NCBI GenBank assembly: GCA_964016885.1
Contig: OZ024744.1
Coordinates: 73,284,001 to 73,348,000, forward strand
Length of the DNA stretch: 64,000 nucleotides
Reading direction: 5' to 3'
DNA from: Eledone cirrhosa
Taxonomy: Eukaryota
Under the pieces are notes generated by a model. That model was not told where the DNA came from. It was given only the letters and a program-made list of their open reading frames with translations, and did no database searches. Every line of letters starts with the position of its first letter. Within the stretch, counting starts at the first letter, position 1. A program made the position numbers and the translations under genes. Shown piece by piece: positions 9,552 through 19,769 of this stretch.

Positions 9552-12270
9552 CTAAGTAATAGGTTTATAGTGGTAAAATGAATTAAGTTGCATGTGAATA
9601 CAAGATGAGAAAATCTCAGATTTCCTATTCAGTAATTCGCAGTTAGAGCAAATTATGGCAAGAGACTCAAGCAGGCAGAGGTTACAAGTTTTGTTCGGGG
9701 GGGGGGGGGGCGGTAGGGTGGAGATTTAGTTACCAACCTCCAATTGAGCATATAATCTATACCATCATATTTTAAAGAGTGAATATATTTAGCTAAGGAG
9801 GTAGCATTTTTAAGCCTATAATAACTAAAAGTATAATTGTGGGAGTTAAATCTAGTTTTAAAAGCTATAGGGGTAGAACCCACATATGTCTTAGTTGAGG
9901 TTGTTGTTACAACATCACATGCATAAACAATATTCCTCATAAGGCAATTGCCTTTTAAAGGGCAATTTCCACTCCTACAATTACAACTACGGTATGTGTC
10001 GTTATTCATACCTTGGGATGGCCTATTGTTCAAACCCATTTGACTTGTAATGTGTTCAACAGATGTGATGTCAGCGATCTGCGGTACCGCACTAGCCAAT
10101 GTGTTAGGTTGCTGTTGGTTATTCACAGTTTTAATATCTTCAAAACCTACACTAATTTTCTGATTATTAGTATGTGCCAGGTGGTAAGCCAGGTTTGGTG
10201 TAGTGGAGTACCATAATTTAATTGTGTTTTTATAGAACATACTATGGTATCTGCTATCCAGCGGGAAGTTTTTTTCTAGGATTAAGAAGAATGTTTTTGG
10301 TATATTAGTTAAGACCTCAGAGTTGTATGGTGGGTTAAAAAAGGTGTTCATTCTTCTTCTATTTTTTCTATTTTTCCCCACTACAGTCCGGTTCTCACCA
10401 GGGCTACTACTCTCCCCTACGCATACAGAACTAAGTCCACCATAAATTGGTCTTGAAATTCTCCCATTATATAGGTCAATATGTCTATCTAATACTCTAC
10501 TATGAGTGTGTTTTTCAAATCTTACCGCACTTCCATTAGTGTAACCATTAGAAGTATTTGGAGGATGCATATTAGGGCCATTCAGTCTAGGCTGGGCTGA
10601 GCTAATCACTACATTTGTCCTATCTAGAGTTTTATTACGTTTATCATTACAATTATAATTTAAAGACACATTATGCGTAATCACATTATTATGCCTAGCT
10701 ACGGTGGATTGGGAGTTAGCAGGTACGTAAAATAGTTTATTGTTATATCCAGACTTAGCTAATGCAACATTATAATAATCTACATTAGAGTTGAAAATAT
10801 CTTCACTACATGATAAACAGCTGATCCTATTAGAGACTCCCTTAACAATAGCATTCAGTACAGATTTAGGGTGGTTGGATTCAGCATGTACATAAGTTAG
10901 TCTCTCATTAGGTTTATGATATTGTGTGTAAATCCTATTTTCTAGATCTAGTGTTGCATCCAAGAAATTTACTGTTTTATTATTCTTATCTATCGTAATA
11001 TTAAGGTTATAACCTTTAAAGAATTTGCTTTGGTCCTTCTTTGTCCTCTCAATACTGAATTGTTTATACTCAAGGGTAAGGAGGGCATCATCGCGGTATA
11101 AACCACCGCAAAGGTATGGAAGTGTCTTATGGAGTTCATGGGTCAGGTAAAGTCCGACCAAATCAGTTACCTGGACAGAGTCCGCAGATCCCATTGTGAT
11201 ATCAAAGTTGTTGTAGGTGTTTTTCCTAGTCCATAATTGTTCCTCAAATAAGATTAAGGTTTTACGTGCAGTTAAAACTATATCAACTTGGGATCTGGTT
11301 AGATCACTATTCTGCATGGCCATGATGAGGGCCTTATTCAAAAGGATAGGAGATATAGAAGTGTAGTAAGAATCTATATCGAACTGGACAAACCTGAGGG
11401 AACGATGGTTACTAATGCTAGAGAACCATTTGATTACTTCCTCCATATTGCCGCACAAATTTATGAAAATTTTGTTTCTAATTACTGGAATAACTCTGTC
11501 TAAAATCTTTTTACTTATGATCCCTATGTCCGACTTAGAGGGGCTGATAAGTCTAATAGATGGGTTGCTAATGAAGTCTTCCTTGTGATCCTTTAGTGTA
11601 AACCTTAGTTGTCTAGGGGTGAACGGTTGGGTATATTTCTCAAGTTTTAATTTTCTGACAATATCTAACGCCTCTCTATTAATTTCATCCAAGTTAGTGT
11701 AAGTAGTTTTTTTTAATAATTCTTATAAAGTTCTTTATATATAAATCTTCGATAAGTTATATAATCTAAGCTATAAATATTTTTAGTTTTATCAGATGGG
11801 ACTAAAATAGATTTATTTTCACTAAAATTCTTAACTATAGAATTGAGGTTTCTATAGAATTTACCAGTATTGACATGATTTTTCCTGTATTTAACATTCT
11901 TTACCATAATTAAAAAATCATTCTCAAAGTCATCTAATAAGCTGTTATGCGGTGGATTCTTATAAGTTTTAAAACCATACTTATCTTCATTTTACGGCTC
12001 TGTCTACGTACATTGAGCTAACACAATACTGCAATAATACAGTACGGTGAGTAAGTGTTTATGCACATACGCTCCGAACTGTACGTAAATATATATATAT
12101 ATATATATATATACTTATATAATAATTTTTTCTTGTTAATGGAAGTTTGATCCATTCTTGAATTTCTGTTTGTTTCTTTGTTTGTTACTTTGTTTATTAA
12201 CCATACCATTCTGGCGTTCTCTTTTCTCTTATGCAATAAGACTCCTTTCACAAATGCCAGAGAATATTCA
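9552..12270 (-). mobile_element. Penelope-like retroelement (GLYRDD / CxC-x-CPL type, possibly Hydra clade)
   Basis: YGFK..PP..FEND, DKT, TLKDHK, RLISPSKSDIG, FDIDSYYTSI, MGS, GLYRDD, NFLD, YHKPNE..SNHP, FNPPY, CNCRSGNCPLKGNC, IVY...YVGST..FKTR..H; after a frameshift CNLCLLE...LNRKSEIFSSCIH; possible N-terminal piece at 12120-12270. Confidence 0.93.
9653..11692 (-). CDS. PLE RT plus GIY-YIG, uninterrupted 679-aa segment of a frameshifted ORF
   Basis: ORF-track protein with full RT core and GIY-YIG start; breaks lie at the homopolymers near 11707-11715 and 9697-9710. Confidence 0.85.
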   Translation of the reverse strand: MDEINREALDIVRKLKLEKYTQPFTPRQLRFTLKDHKEDFISNPSIRLISPSKSDIGIISKKILDRVIPVIRNKIFINLCGNMEEVIKWFSSISNHRSLRFVQFDIDSYYTSISPILLNKALIMAMQNSDLTRSQVDIVLTARKTLILFEEQLWTRKNTYNNFDITMGSADSVQVTDLVGLYLTHELHKTLPYLCGGLYRDDALLTLEYKQFSIERTKKDQSKFFKGYNLNITIDKNNKTVNFLDATLDLENRIYTQYHKPNERLTYVHAESNHPKSVLNAIVKGVSNRISCLSCSEDIFNSNVDYYNVALAKSGYNNKLFYVPANSQSTVARHNNVITHNVSLNYNCNDKRNKTLDRTNVVISSAQPRLNGPNMHPPNTSNGYTNGSAVRFEKHTHSRVLDRHIDLYNGRISRPIYGGLSSVCVGESSSPGENRTVVGKNRKNRRRMNTFFNPPYNSEVLTNIPKTFFLILEKNFPLDSRYHSMFYKNTIKLWYSTTPNLAYHLAHTNNQKISVGFEDIKTVNNQQQPNTLASAVPQIADITSVEHITSQMGLNNRPSQGMNNDTYRSCNCRSGNCPLKGNCLMRNIVYACDVVTTTSTKTYVGSTPIAFKTRFNSHNYTFSYYRLKNATSLAKYIHSLKYDGIDYMLNWRLVTKSPPYRPPPPRTKLVTSACLSLLP

Positions 12271-12319
12271 CGTTAATAATCCTGTTATATGTTAGTGTGT
12301 GAGTTTAGATATTATTAAG

Positions 12320-12478
12320 ACAACAACAACAACAATAATAACATGCAACTACAACAACACAACAGCAATAACAAAATAACAATAACAAAATAACATCAAC
12401 AACATTACAAACTGTAGCTACAGCAACAATATCAACAACAGTAGCAACAGCAACAAGAACGGCAGCAACAATAATAAT
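12320..12478. repeat. Imperfect (CAA)n microsatellite
   Basis: Direct inspection. Confidence 0.9.
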
Positions 12479-12479
12479 A

Positions 12480-12672
12480 ATTGTTTCTACTTTTTGGCAC
12501 AAGGCCAACAATTATCCTAGTGTATTACTGGTACTTTATTTTATGGACCTCATAAGGATGAAAGGCAAAGTTAAACTCGGTGGGATTTGAACTCAGAACG
12601 TAAAGGGACGCAACTCTATGTTGTAAAGCATGGCGTCTGATGCTCTCCCGATACTGCCAATCCACTGCCCTT
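12480..12672 (-). mobile_element. tRNA-derived Meta-domain SINE
   Basis: A-box TGGCAGTATCGG, B-box GAGTTCAAATCCC, core GCCTTTCATCCTT..GGTC.ATAAAATAAAGTACCAG, tail GGCCTTGTGCCAAAA-GTAGAAAC(ATT)n. Confidence 0.85.
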
Positions 12673-12822
12673 AATAATTTTTTCTACTTTTGGCACAAGG
12701 CCAGCAATTACCCCAGTGCATTACTGGCCTTGTGCCAAAAGTAGAAACAATTATTAAGGGCAGTGGATTGGCAGTATCTGGAGAGCACCAGACGCCATGT
12801 TTTCCAACATAGAGTTACATCC

Positions 12823-12954
12823 CTTTATTTTATCGACCCCCGTAAGGATGAAAGGCAAAGCTAACCTTGACGGAATTTGAACTCAGATCATAAAGGGCCG
12901 TAACTCTATGCTGCAAAGCATGACGTCCGACTCTCTACCGATACTGCCAATCCA
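12823..12954 (-). mobile_element. Meta-domain SINE, partial
   Basis: Same head and core motifs. Confidence 0.8.
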
Positions 12955-13069
12955 ACAACCATAATAATAATATTAAATTTTTCGTGAACATATTTCTAAC
13001 AATTATATGCTGCCTTTGTGTTTTAATTATCAAAATAATCAACAAATAATTAACTTTCAATTTAATAAT

Positions 13070-13272
13070 GATTTCTGATTTAGGTACAAGACCAATAATT
13101 TGAAGGAAAGTTGAAAGTTGATTAAAACGACGCCAGTGCATTACTGGTACTTTAGTTTATTGAATGAAAGCTAACCTCGGCTGAATTTCAACTCAACGTA
13201 AAGGGACGTAACTAAATGCTGCAAAGCATGGCGTCCGACCCTCTACCGATATTGCTAATCCACCGCACCCTT
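13070..13272 (-). mobile_element. Meta-domain SINE
   Basis: Same motifs, diverged. Confidence 0.78.
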
Positions 13273-13544
13273 AACCTCAACTTAATAATAATAAAAACAT
13301 TAACAACTGATTTATAGTATCTCGTATAATTTCTGTTTAAGTTATCAATTTAATATGAACTCTTTCAAAGAGGCGGTTTTTGGTAGATTGGTGTTTAAAA
13401 GAGTAAAACTCTTCCTGAATCTCGTCTCAAAGGCAAAACATACCGACTTTGGTAAACCCTTGATTTGAACGTCGATTACTTAATTCATGAGGTCTGCCTA
13501 ACATAAGAGAGAATAAACTCACAAAAATACGCACATACATAAAT

Positions 13545-13546
<2 letters not shown>

Positions 13547-13633
<87 letters not shown>
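13547..13633. repeat. (CT)n microsatellite
   Basis: Direct inspection. Confidence 0.97.
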
Positions 13634-13637
<4 letters not shown>

Positions 13638-13672
13638 TCTAAATATATTTATATATACATACACACATACAT

Positions 13673-14260
13673 ATGAACGGTACAATATTAATACACCGAA
13701 ATCGTAGTGATCTCCAGAGGTTGACTGAGGAGATGGTACTGTCCGTCTTTGTATTGTTTTTTCGACTGTCTTTGTCCTTGGTGCCCCATATTTTGAATAT
13801 ATATTGCAATGACTTAGTCAGGCTTTTTTTAAAACTAACATATAATAGACATCACACCACACAGTCTGTCTTCCTCTCTTCTCCCTTCTTACCTTTTATA
13901 ACCTCAGTCTCATTCTACTTCGTCTGCACGTTGGACTGCAGTCCATATTATTCTCTTCTGTGACTATTTCTCTCCTATCAATAATTTTTCTCCTTTTGCT
14001 AAGCCTTCGAGCACTGTTCTCTCCCTTCTTTGTCAGTTGATGGACTTAAGATAATTTTTCATCTATATTTGTGTAATTCGGTTAAGGGAATAACTTGTCT
14101 CTATCTGTTTGGTTATGTCCTAATGTGCACTGGGATGAACGGTATCAAGATTAATGCACCGAAACGGTAGCGATTTCCTGAAGTTGACTGAGGAGATGAA
14201 ACTGTCTATTTTTCCGTTGTTTTTCCCATTATCTTTGTCTTGTGTGCCCTACTTTGAATA
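13673..14260 (+). mobile_element. Non-coding PLE-like remnant with tandem direct terminal repeats
   Basis: About 125-bp diverged direct repeats at 13673-13800 and 14136-14260, each starting ATGAACGGT...ACCGAAA(C/T).GTAG (hammerhead-like). Confidence 0.55.
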
Positions 14261-14786
14261 CACACACTCACACAAACACACACACTCTCTCTCTCACACA
14301 CACACATATATAGATATGTGTGTGTGTGTATGTGCACATGCATATATACTATATATACACACATACACACACGCATTTATTCTCTATACACACTATGTTG
14401 GTGCAAGACAAGGAAAAATTCAACCTTTTTGCCTCATATCATCTGGAAGCCCTGGATCTTAGAGAATGCATCTTCTTACCGCCTCGGACCCACTTCTGCT
14501 ACGTCTACCTCAATATGAAGTTGCACATATTGCAACAACATGTGATATACCTCAACAGGAAAATCAACATAACGTTTTGCTGTAACCGGAGAAACACCTT
14601 GTTAGCCAACTTCAAGCCAGTGGTCCTGGAAATCCCACAATTTTAGCTTTACATAGCCTTGTGATTCAGTAGGGTGGACAGCCCATACCCTCGAACAAGC
14701 AGAGTGGATATCTCTCACCCTCGAAACGGTATTAATTACCAGCAATATCATATACAAGGGAAAGCTGAAAATTTCATAGGCTGACA

Positions 14787-15215
14787 AAGATTCTCTCATG
14801 GAATGACCAAATGAGGTTTATTTTGCAACATAGTCCCTGGAAAGAAACAATATAGTTATTAATAAGAAGAGTTGAAATGAATGCATACACGATTTCACTA
14901 CTCTAACATCAATCCTTCATAGTTACCTACCAAGATACTCTCATGGAATGACCAAATGAGGTTTATTTTGCAACATAGTCCCTGGAAAGAAACAATTTAG
15001 TTATTAATAAGAAGAGTTGAAATGAATGCATACACGATTTCACTGCTCTAACATCAATCCTTCATAGTTACCTACAAAGATACTCTCATGTAATGACCAA
15101 ATGAGGTTTATTTTGCAACATATTCACTAGAAAGAAACAATGAAGTTATTAATAAGAGGACCTGAAATTAATGCATGCAAGATTTCACAGCTCTAGCATC
15201 ATTCCTTTATAGTCA
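14787..15215. repeat. 145-bp tandem repeat, about 3 copies
   Basis: CTCATG(G/T)AATGACCAAATGAGG recurs at 14795, 14940 and 15085. Confidence 0.93.
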
Positions 15216-15619
15216 GCCTATGAAATGTTCAGCCTACCCTCATTCACCAGATACTTTAGTTCACACTAGCAACAGAGATTGCAGAATGAAGCTCGCGTTG
15301 ACTCTGTAGCAACATCAGATATTCAGAACACAGTAACACCAAACAGCTTCTAATCACCTCAGTTAGAGCATACATGACAGGACCACAACGAAACAGTTGT
15401 CTACGACATTTGAACATTGGGACAACTGTTAGGGCCATTAATATTTATTAAGTACTATTCCAAAGATTCACCACGACTTCTTTCCATAACATTAAACTAG
15501 GAAATTACAACACACATAACCCTATTAGTGAAGCCCTTTAGTACAGATCAACTAACCGAAAATTGTATTACAGTTACGAAAAAAAAATTTCTAAATAAGC
15601 CTACAAGGTAAAAATTAAA

Positions 15620-15697
15620 AATGGTCATCGCGAGCCACTCTGGCTGGTCTGGTGGACCGGATTGTGGCCCGCGGGCTGCCTTTTGTACTTTCCTAAT
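15620..15697 (+). mobile_element. Possible hAT/Charlie-type MITE terminus
   Basis: GGACCGGATTGTGGCCCGCGGGCTGCC resembles the subterminal GGCCCGCGGGCC motif of hAT MITEs; the other end was not found. Confidence 0.3.
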
Positions 15698-15894
15698 GTT
15701 TAGATCGATATCCAATGATTTCGTTTACAATTTGCTCAACAAATTTATTTGGAGCAGACGCCAACTGTTCCCTTCCCTTAAAATTGCCGGCCTTGTGCCT
15801 AAACCAGAAGCCTTTATTATCATTATTGTTATTGTTATATGAACTTATCCTTTATAGAGCCTCTCACTTCACCTACACGGCCTATGCAATCCTT

Positions 15895-15947
15895 TGTGTG
15901 TGTGTGTATGTGTGTGTGTGTGTGTGTGAGTGTATGTGTGTGTGTGT

Positions 15948-16026
<79 letters not shown>

Positions 16027-16058
16027 ATGTGTGTGTGAGTGTGTGCGAGTGTGTGTGT
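15895..16058. repeat. (GT)n microsatellite
   Basis: Direct inspection. Confidence 0.95.
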
Positions 16059-16155
16059 TTGGGGAAGTTTGTATATTGTTCTCAACATATTGCAAATGAA
16101 ATAAACAAATAAATAAATATATCAATTAAACAATTAATTGGTTACTATAAATAAT

Positions 16156-16351
16156 TGTTTATATTTTTGGCACAAGGCCAGCAATTATCTCAGTGTATTA
16201 CTGGTACTTTATTTTATCGACCCCGTGAGGATGAATGGCAAAGTTAACCTCGGCGGGATTTGAACTCAGACCGTAAAGGGATGTAACTATATGCTGCAAA
16301 GCATGGAGTCCGAACTTCTACCGATACTGCCAATCCACCGCCCTAGTTACT

Positions 16352-16392
<41 letters not shown>

Positions 16393-16610
16393 TTTCATTT
16401 ATTAGCCACAAGGGCCGACATGTAGGGGCAATAATAATAATAATAATAATAATAATAATTGTTTCTACTTTAGGCACAAGGCCAGCAATTACACAGTACA
16501 TTACTGGTACTTTATTTTATCAACCCAGTAAGGATGAAAGGCAAAGCTAACTTCGGCGAGATGTGAACTCAGAACGTAAAGGGACGTAACCAAAGCATGC
16601 CGGGCGCACT

Positions 16611-16680
<70 letters not shown>

Positions 16681-16957
16681 GTGTCAAAAATATGAAAGTA
16701 AAAGAACAGGTGGTGAAAAGAAGAGAAAGAAGGAACAGAAGAAAAGCAAACAATGATATACAAAATAATAATTGTTTCTACTTTTGGCACAAGGCCAGCA
16801 ATTATCCCAGTGTATTACTGGTACTTTATTTTATCGACCCCCGTCAGGATGAAAGGCAAAGTTAACCTCGGCAGGATTTGAACTCAGAATTGCAAGGGCC
16901 GTAACTCTATGCTTCAAAGCATGGGGTCCGACTCTCTACCGATACTGCCAATCCACC
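16156..16957 (-). mobile_element. Cluster of three Meta-domain SINEs (16156-16343, 16458-16608, 16770-16957) separated by (AAT)n and (CAA)n
   Basis: Three copies of the SINE consensus in the same orientation. Confidence 0.88.
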
Positions 16958-16974
16958 AATATGAAGGGTAAGTC

Positions 16975-17370
16975 AACAAAGAGAAGTAGATAGATAGGCA
17001 GAAGAGAGAGAGAGTGAGAGAGACGGGTAGAGAGAGCAGGCAGGGAAAGAGAGGAAGAGTGTATAGAGAGATGAGGCAGAGGGTGGGCAGAGAGAAGGTG
17101 GGAGAAGGGGAGACAGAAGGAGAGGGGAGATGAGGGAGGCAGAGAAAGTGAGAGAGGAAGAAGGCACTGAGAGAGGAGGTGAGAGGAAGGGAGGCAGAGA
17201 GAGTAGGAGGGAGGGCAGAGAGAGAGAGAGATGGTGTAGAGAGAGAAGGGGTGTAGAGAGAGAAGGGGCATAGATATGGCAAAAACAAAGGGGAAGGGCA
17301 GAGAGAGCGAGAGAGAGGTTAGAGAAGAAGGGGAGGGCAGTGAGAAAGACATCAGAAGGAGAGGGTAGAG

Positions 17371-17410
<40 letters not shown>

Positions 17411-17660
17411 AGAGAGGGTGGAGAGAGGAATTAGAAAGAGAGCAGAGAGAACAGAGAGAGGGAGAGAGAGAGAGAGAGATGGAGTGATCGTAGAGAGAGA
17501 GAGAAAGAGAGAGAGAGAGAAAGAGAGAGACAGAGAGAGAGGGAGAACAGAGAACGAGGGGGAGAGAGAGAGACGGAGTGATCGTACAGAGAGAGAAAGA
17601 GAGAGACAGAGAGAGAGAGGGAGGACAGAGAACGAAGGAGAGCAGAGAGACGGAGTGATT

Positions 17661-17700
<40 letters not shown>

Positions 17701-17785
17701 ACAGAGAAGGAGGGAGAGCAATGAGACGGAGTGATTGTCGGAGAGAGAGAGAGCGTGGGATACAGGGAGGGAAAGAAAGAGAGAA
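16975..17785. repeat. Polypurine GA-rich tract with recurring GGAGTGATCG/T motif
   Basis: Almost purely purine on the plus strand. Confidence 0.9.
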
Positions 17786-18049
17786 TATTTCATTTATCAA
17801 GGGGCTATGTAATGACCTGAAGCTGTGCTAGTAAGTTTCACTGATAAGACGCGAGTTCAATTAAATAACCATCTGACACATCAACTGATTGCAAGGTGCG
17901 TGTCCAAGATTCTGTTCAGGTGCGAGTGGCTGGCAGTTTGAGATATGTGCATTATTATTGTGTGTGTAACGTTTGTTCCTATCGACTTATACGCGCATTT
18001 GTGTGTGTGTGTGTGTGTGTGTGTGTATACGTGTGTGTGTGTTGGTGGG

Positions 18050-18570
18050 GGTGGGCGTGCAGTGTCTGTGTGTGGTGGGGGTGCGGGTGCGGGGTGTGTG
18101 GGGTGTGTGCAGTGTATGTGTGTGTGTGGCGGGGGTGAAGGGCGGCGTGTGCAGTGTCTGTGTGTGGTGGGGGTGCGGGTGTGGGGTGTGTGGGGTGTGT
18201 GCAGTGTATGTGTGTGTGTGGCGGGGGTGAAGGGCGGCGTGTGCAGTGTCTGTGTGTGGTGGGGGTGCGGGTGCGGGGTGTGTGGGGTGTGTGCAGTGTA
18301 TGTGTGTGTGTGGCGGGGGTGAAGGGCGGCGTGTGCAGTGTCTGTGTGTGGTGGGGGTGCGGGTGCGGGGTGTGTGGGGTGTGTGCAGTGTATGTGTGGC
18401 GGGGGTGAACGGCGGCGTGTGCAGTGTCTGTGTGTGGTGGTGTGTGTGTGTGTGTGTGTGTGTGCAGTGTATGTGTGTGTGTGGCGGGGGTGAACGGCGG
18501 CGTGTGCAGTGTCTGTGTGTGGTGGTGGTGGTGTGTGTGTGTGTGTGTGTGTGTGCAGTGTATGTGTGTG
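18050..18570. repeat. G/T-rich minisatellite, unit about 92 bp, about 6 copies
   Basis: CAGTGTCTG recurs at 18060, 18152, 18244, 18336, 18422 and 18507. Confidence 0.9.
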
Positions 18571-19462
18571 GGGTGGGGGTGGCGTGTGCGTGTGTATGTG
18601 TGAGAGAGTGTATGAGTGTTGTGAGAGTGAGTGTGTGTGTGTGTGTGTGGGTGTTGTGCATGTGTATGTGTGTGTGGTTGTGTGTTATTGTGTGTGTAAT
18701 GTTAGTTCCTATCGACGTATACGCGCATTCGTGTGTGAGTGTGTGTGTGTGTGTACCTTTGTGTGTGGAGCGAGAGTGTAGTGTCTGTGTGTTTGAGAGA
18801 GTATGTGTGTGTGTGTGTAATGCATGTGTATGTGTGTGGATGTGTGTTATTCTGTCTTTAATGTTAGTTCGTATTGACATGTACGTGGGCGTGCGTGCAT
18901 TTGTGTGTGTGTATGTGTGCGTGAGTGTGTGTGTGAGTGGGTGTGTGAGTGTGTGAGCGTGTGTGTGTATGTGTGTGCGTGAGTGTGTGTGTGAGTGTGT
19001 GCGTGAGTGGCTGTGTGAGGGTGTGAGCGTGTTTGTGTGTATGTGTGTGTGTGTGTGCGTGAGTGGGTGTGTGAGGGTGTGAGCGTGTTTGTTGTGAGTG
19101 TATGTTTAATGTTAGTTCCTATCGGCATGTAGGTGCGCCTGCGTTTGTGTGTATGCGTATGTGAGTGTGTGTGATTGTGTGATTGTGTGTGTGAGTGTGA
19201 GTATGTGTATGTACATGTGTGTGTGTGCGTGAAAGTGTCTGAGTGAGTGTGTGCTAGTGTGTGTGTAGTGCATGTGTATGTGTGTGTTATTGTGTGCCAT
19301 TCTTTGTTATTTTTAGTTTGTATCAACATATATATATGCGTATGAGTGTGCACGTGTATACGTGCGTGTCTGTGTGGTGTGTGCGTGTGTATGAGTGTGT
19401 GTGAGTGTCTGCGTAGTGCATGCGTGTTTGTGTGTCTGTGTAGTGTATGTGTGGTTGTGTGC

Positions 19463-19541
19463 TATCATCATCATCGTCATCATCATCGTCATCATCATCA
19501 TCATCATCGTTATCATCATCATCGTTATCATCATCATCGTT

Positions 19542-19580
<39 letters not shown>

Positions 19581-19630
19581 GTTATCTCATCATCATCATC
19601 GTCATCATCATCCTCATTATCGTCGTCATC

Positions 19631-19661
<31 letters not shown>

Positions 19662-19719
19662 TCATCATCATCATTGTCGCCGTCGTCATCAACACCACCA
19701 CCACCACCACAACCACCAC

Positions 19720-19768
<49 letters not shown>
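19463..19768. repeat. (CAT)n/(CAC)n microsatellite
   Basis: Direct inspection. Confidence 0.95.
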
Positions 19769-19769
<1 letters not shown>

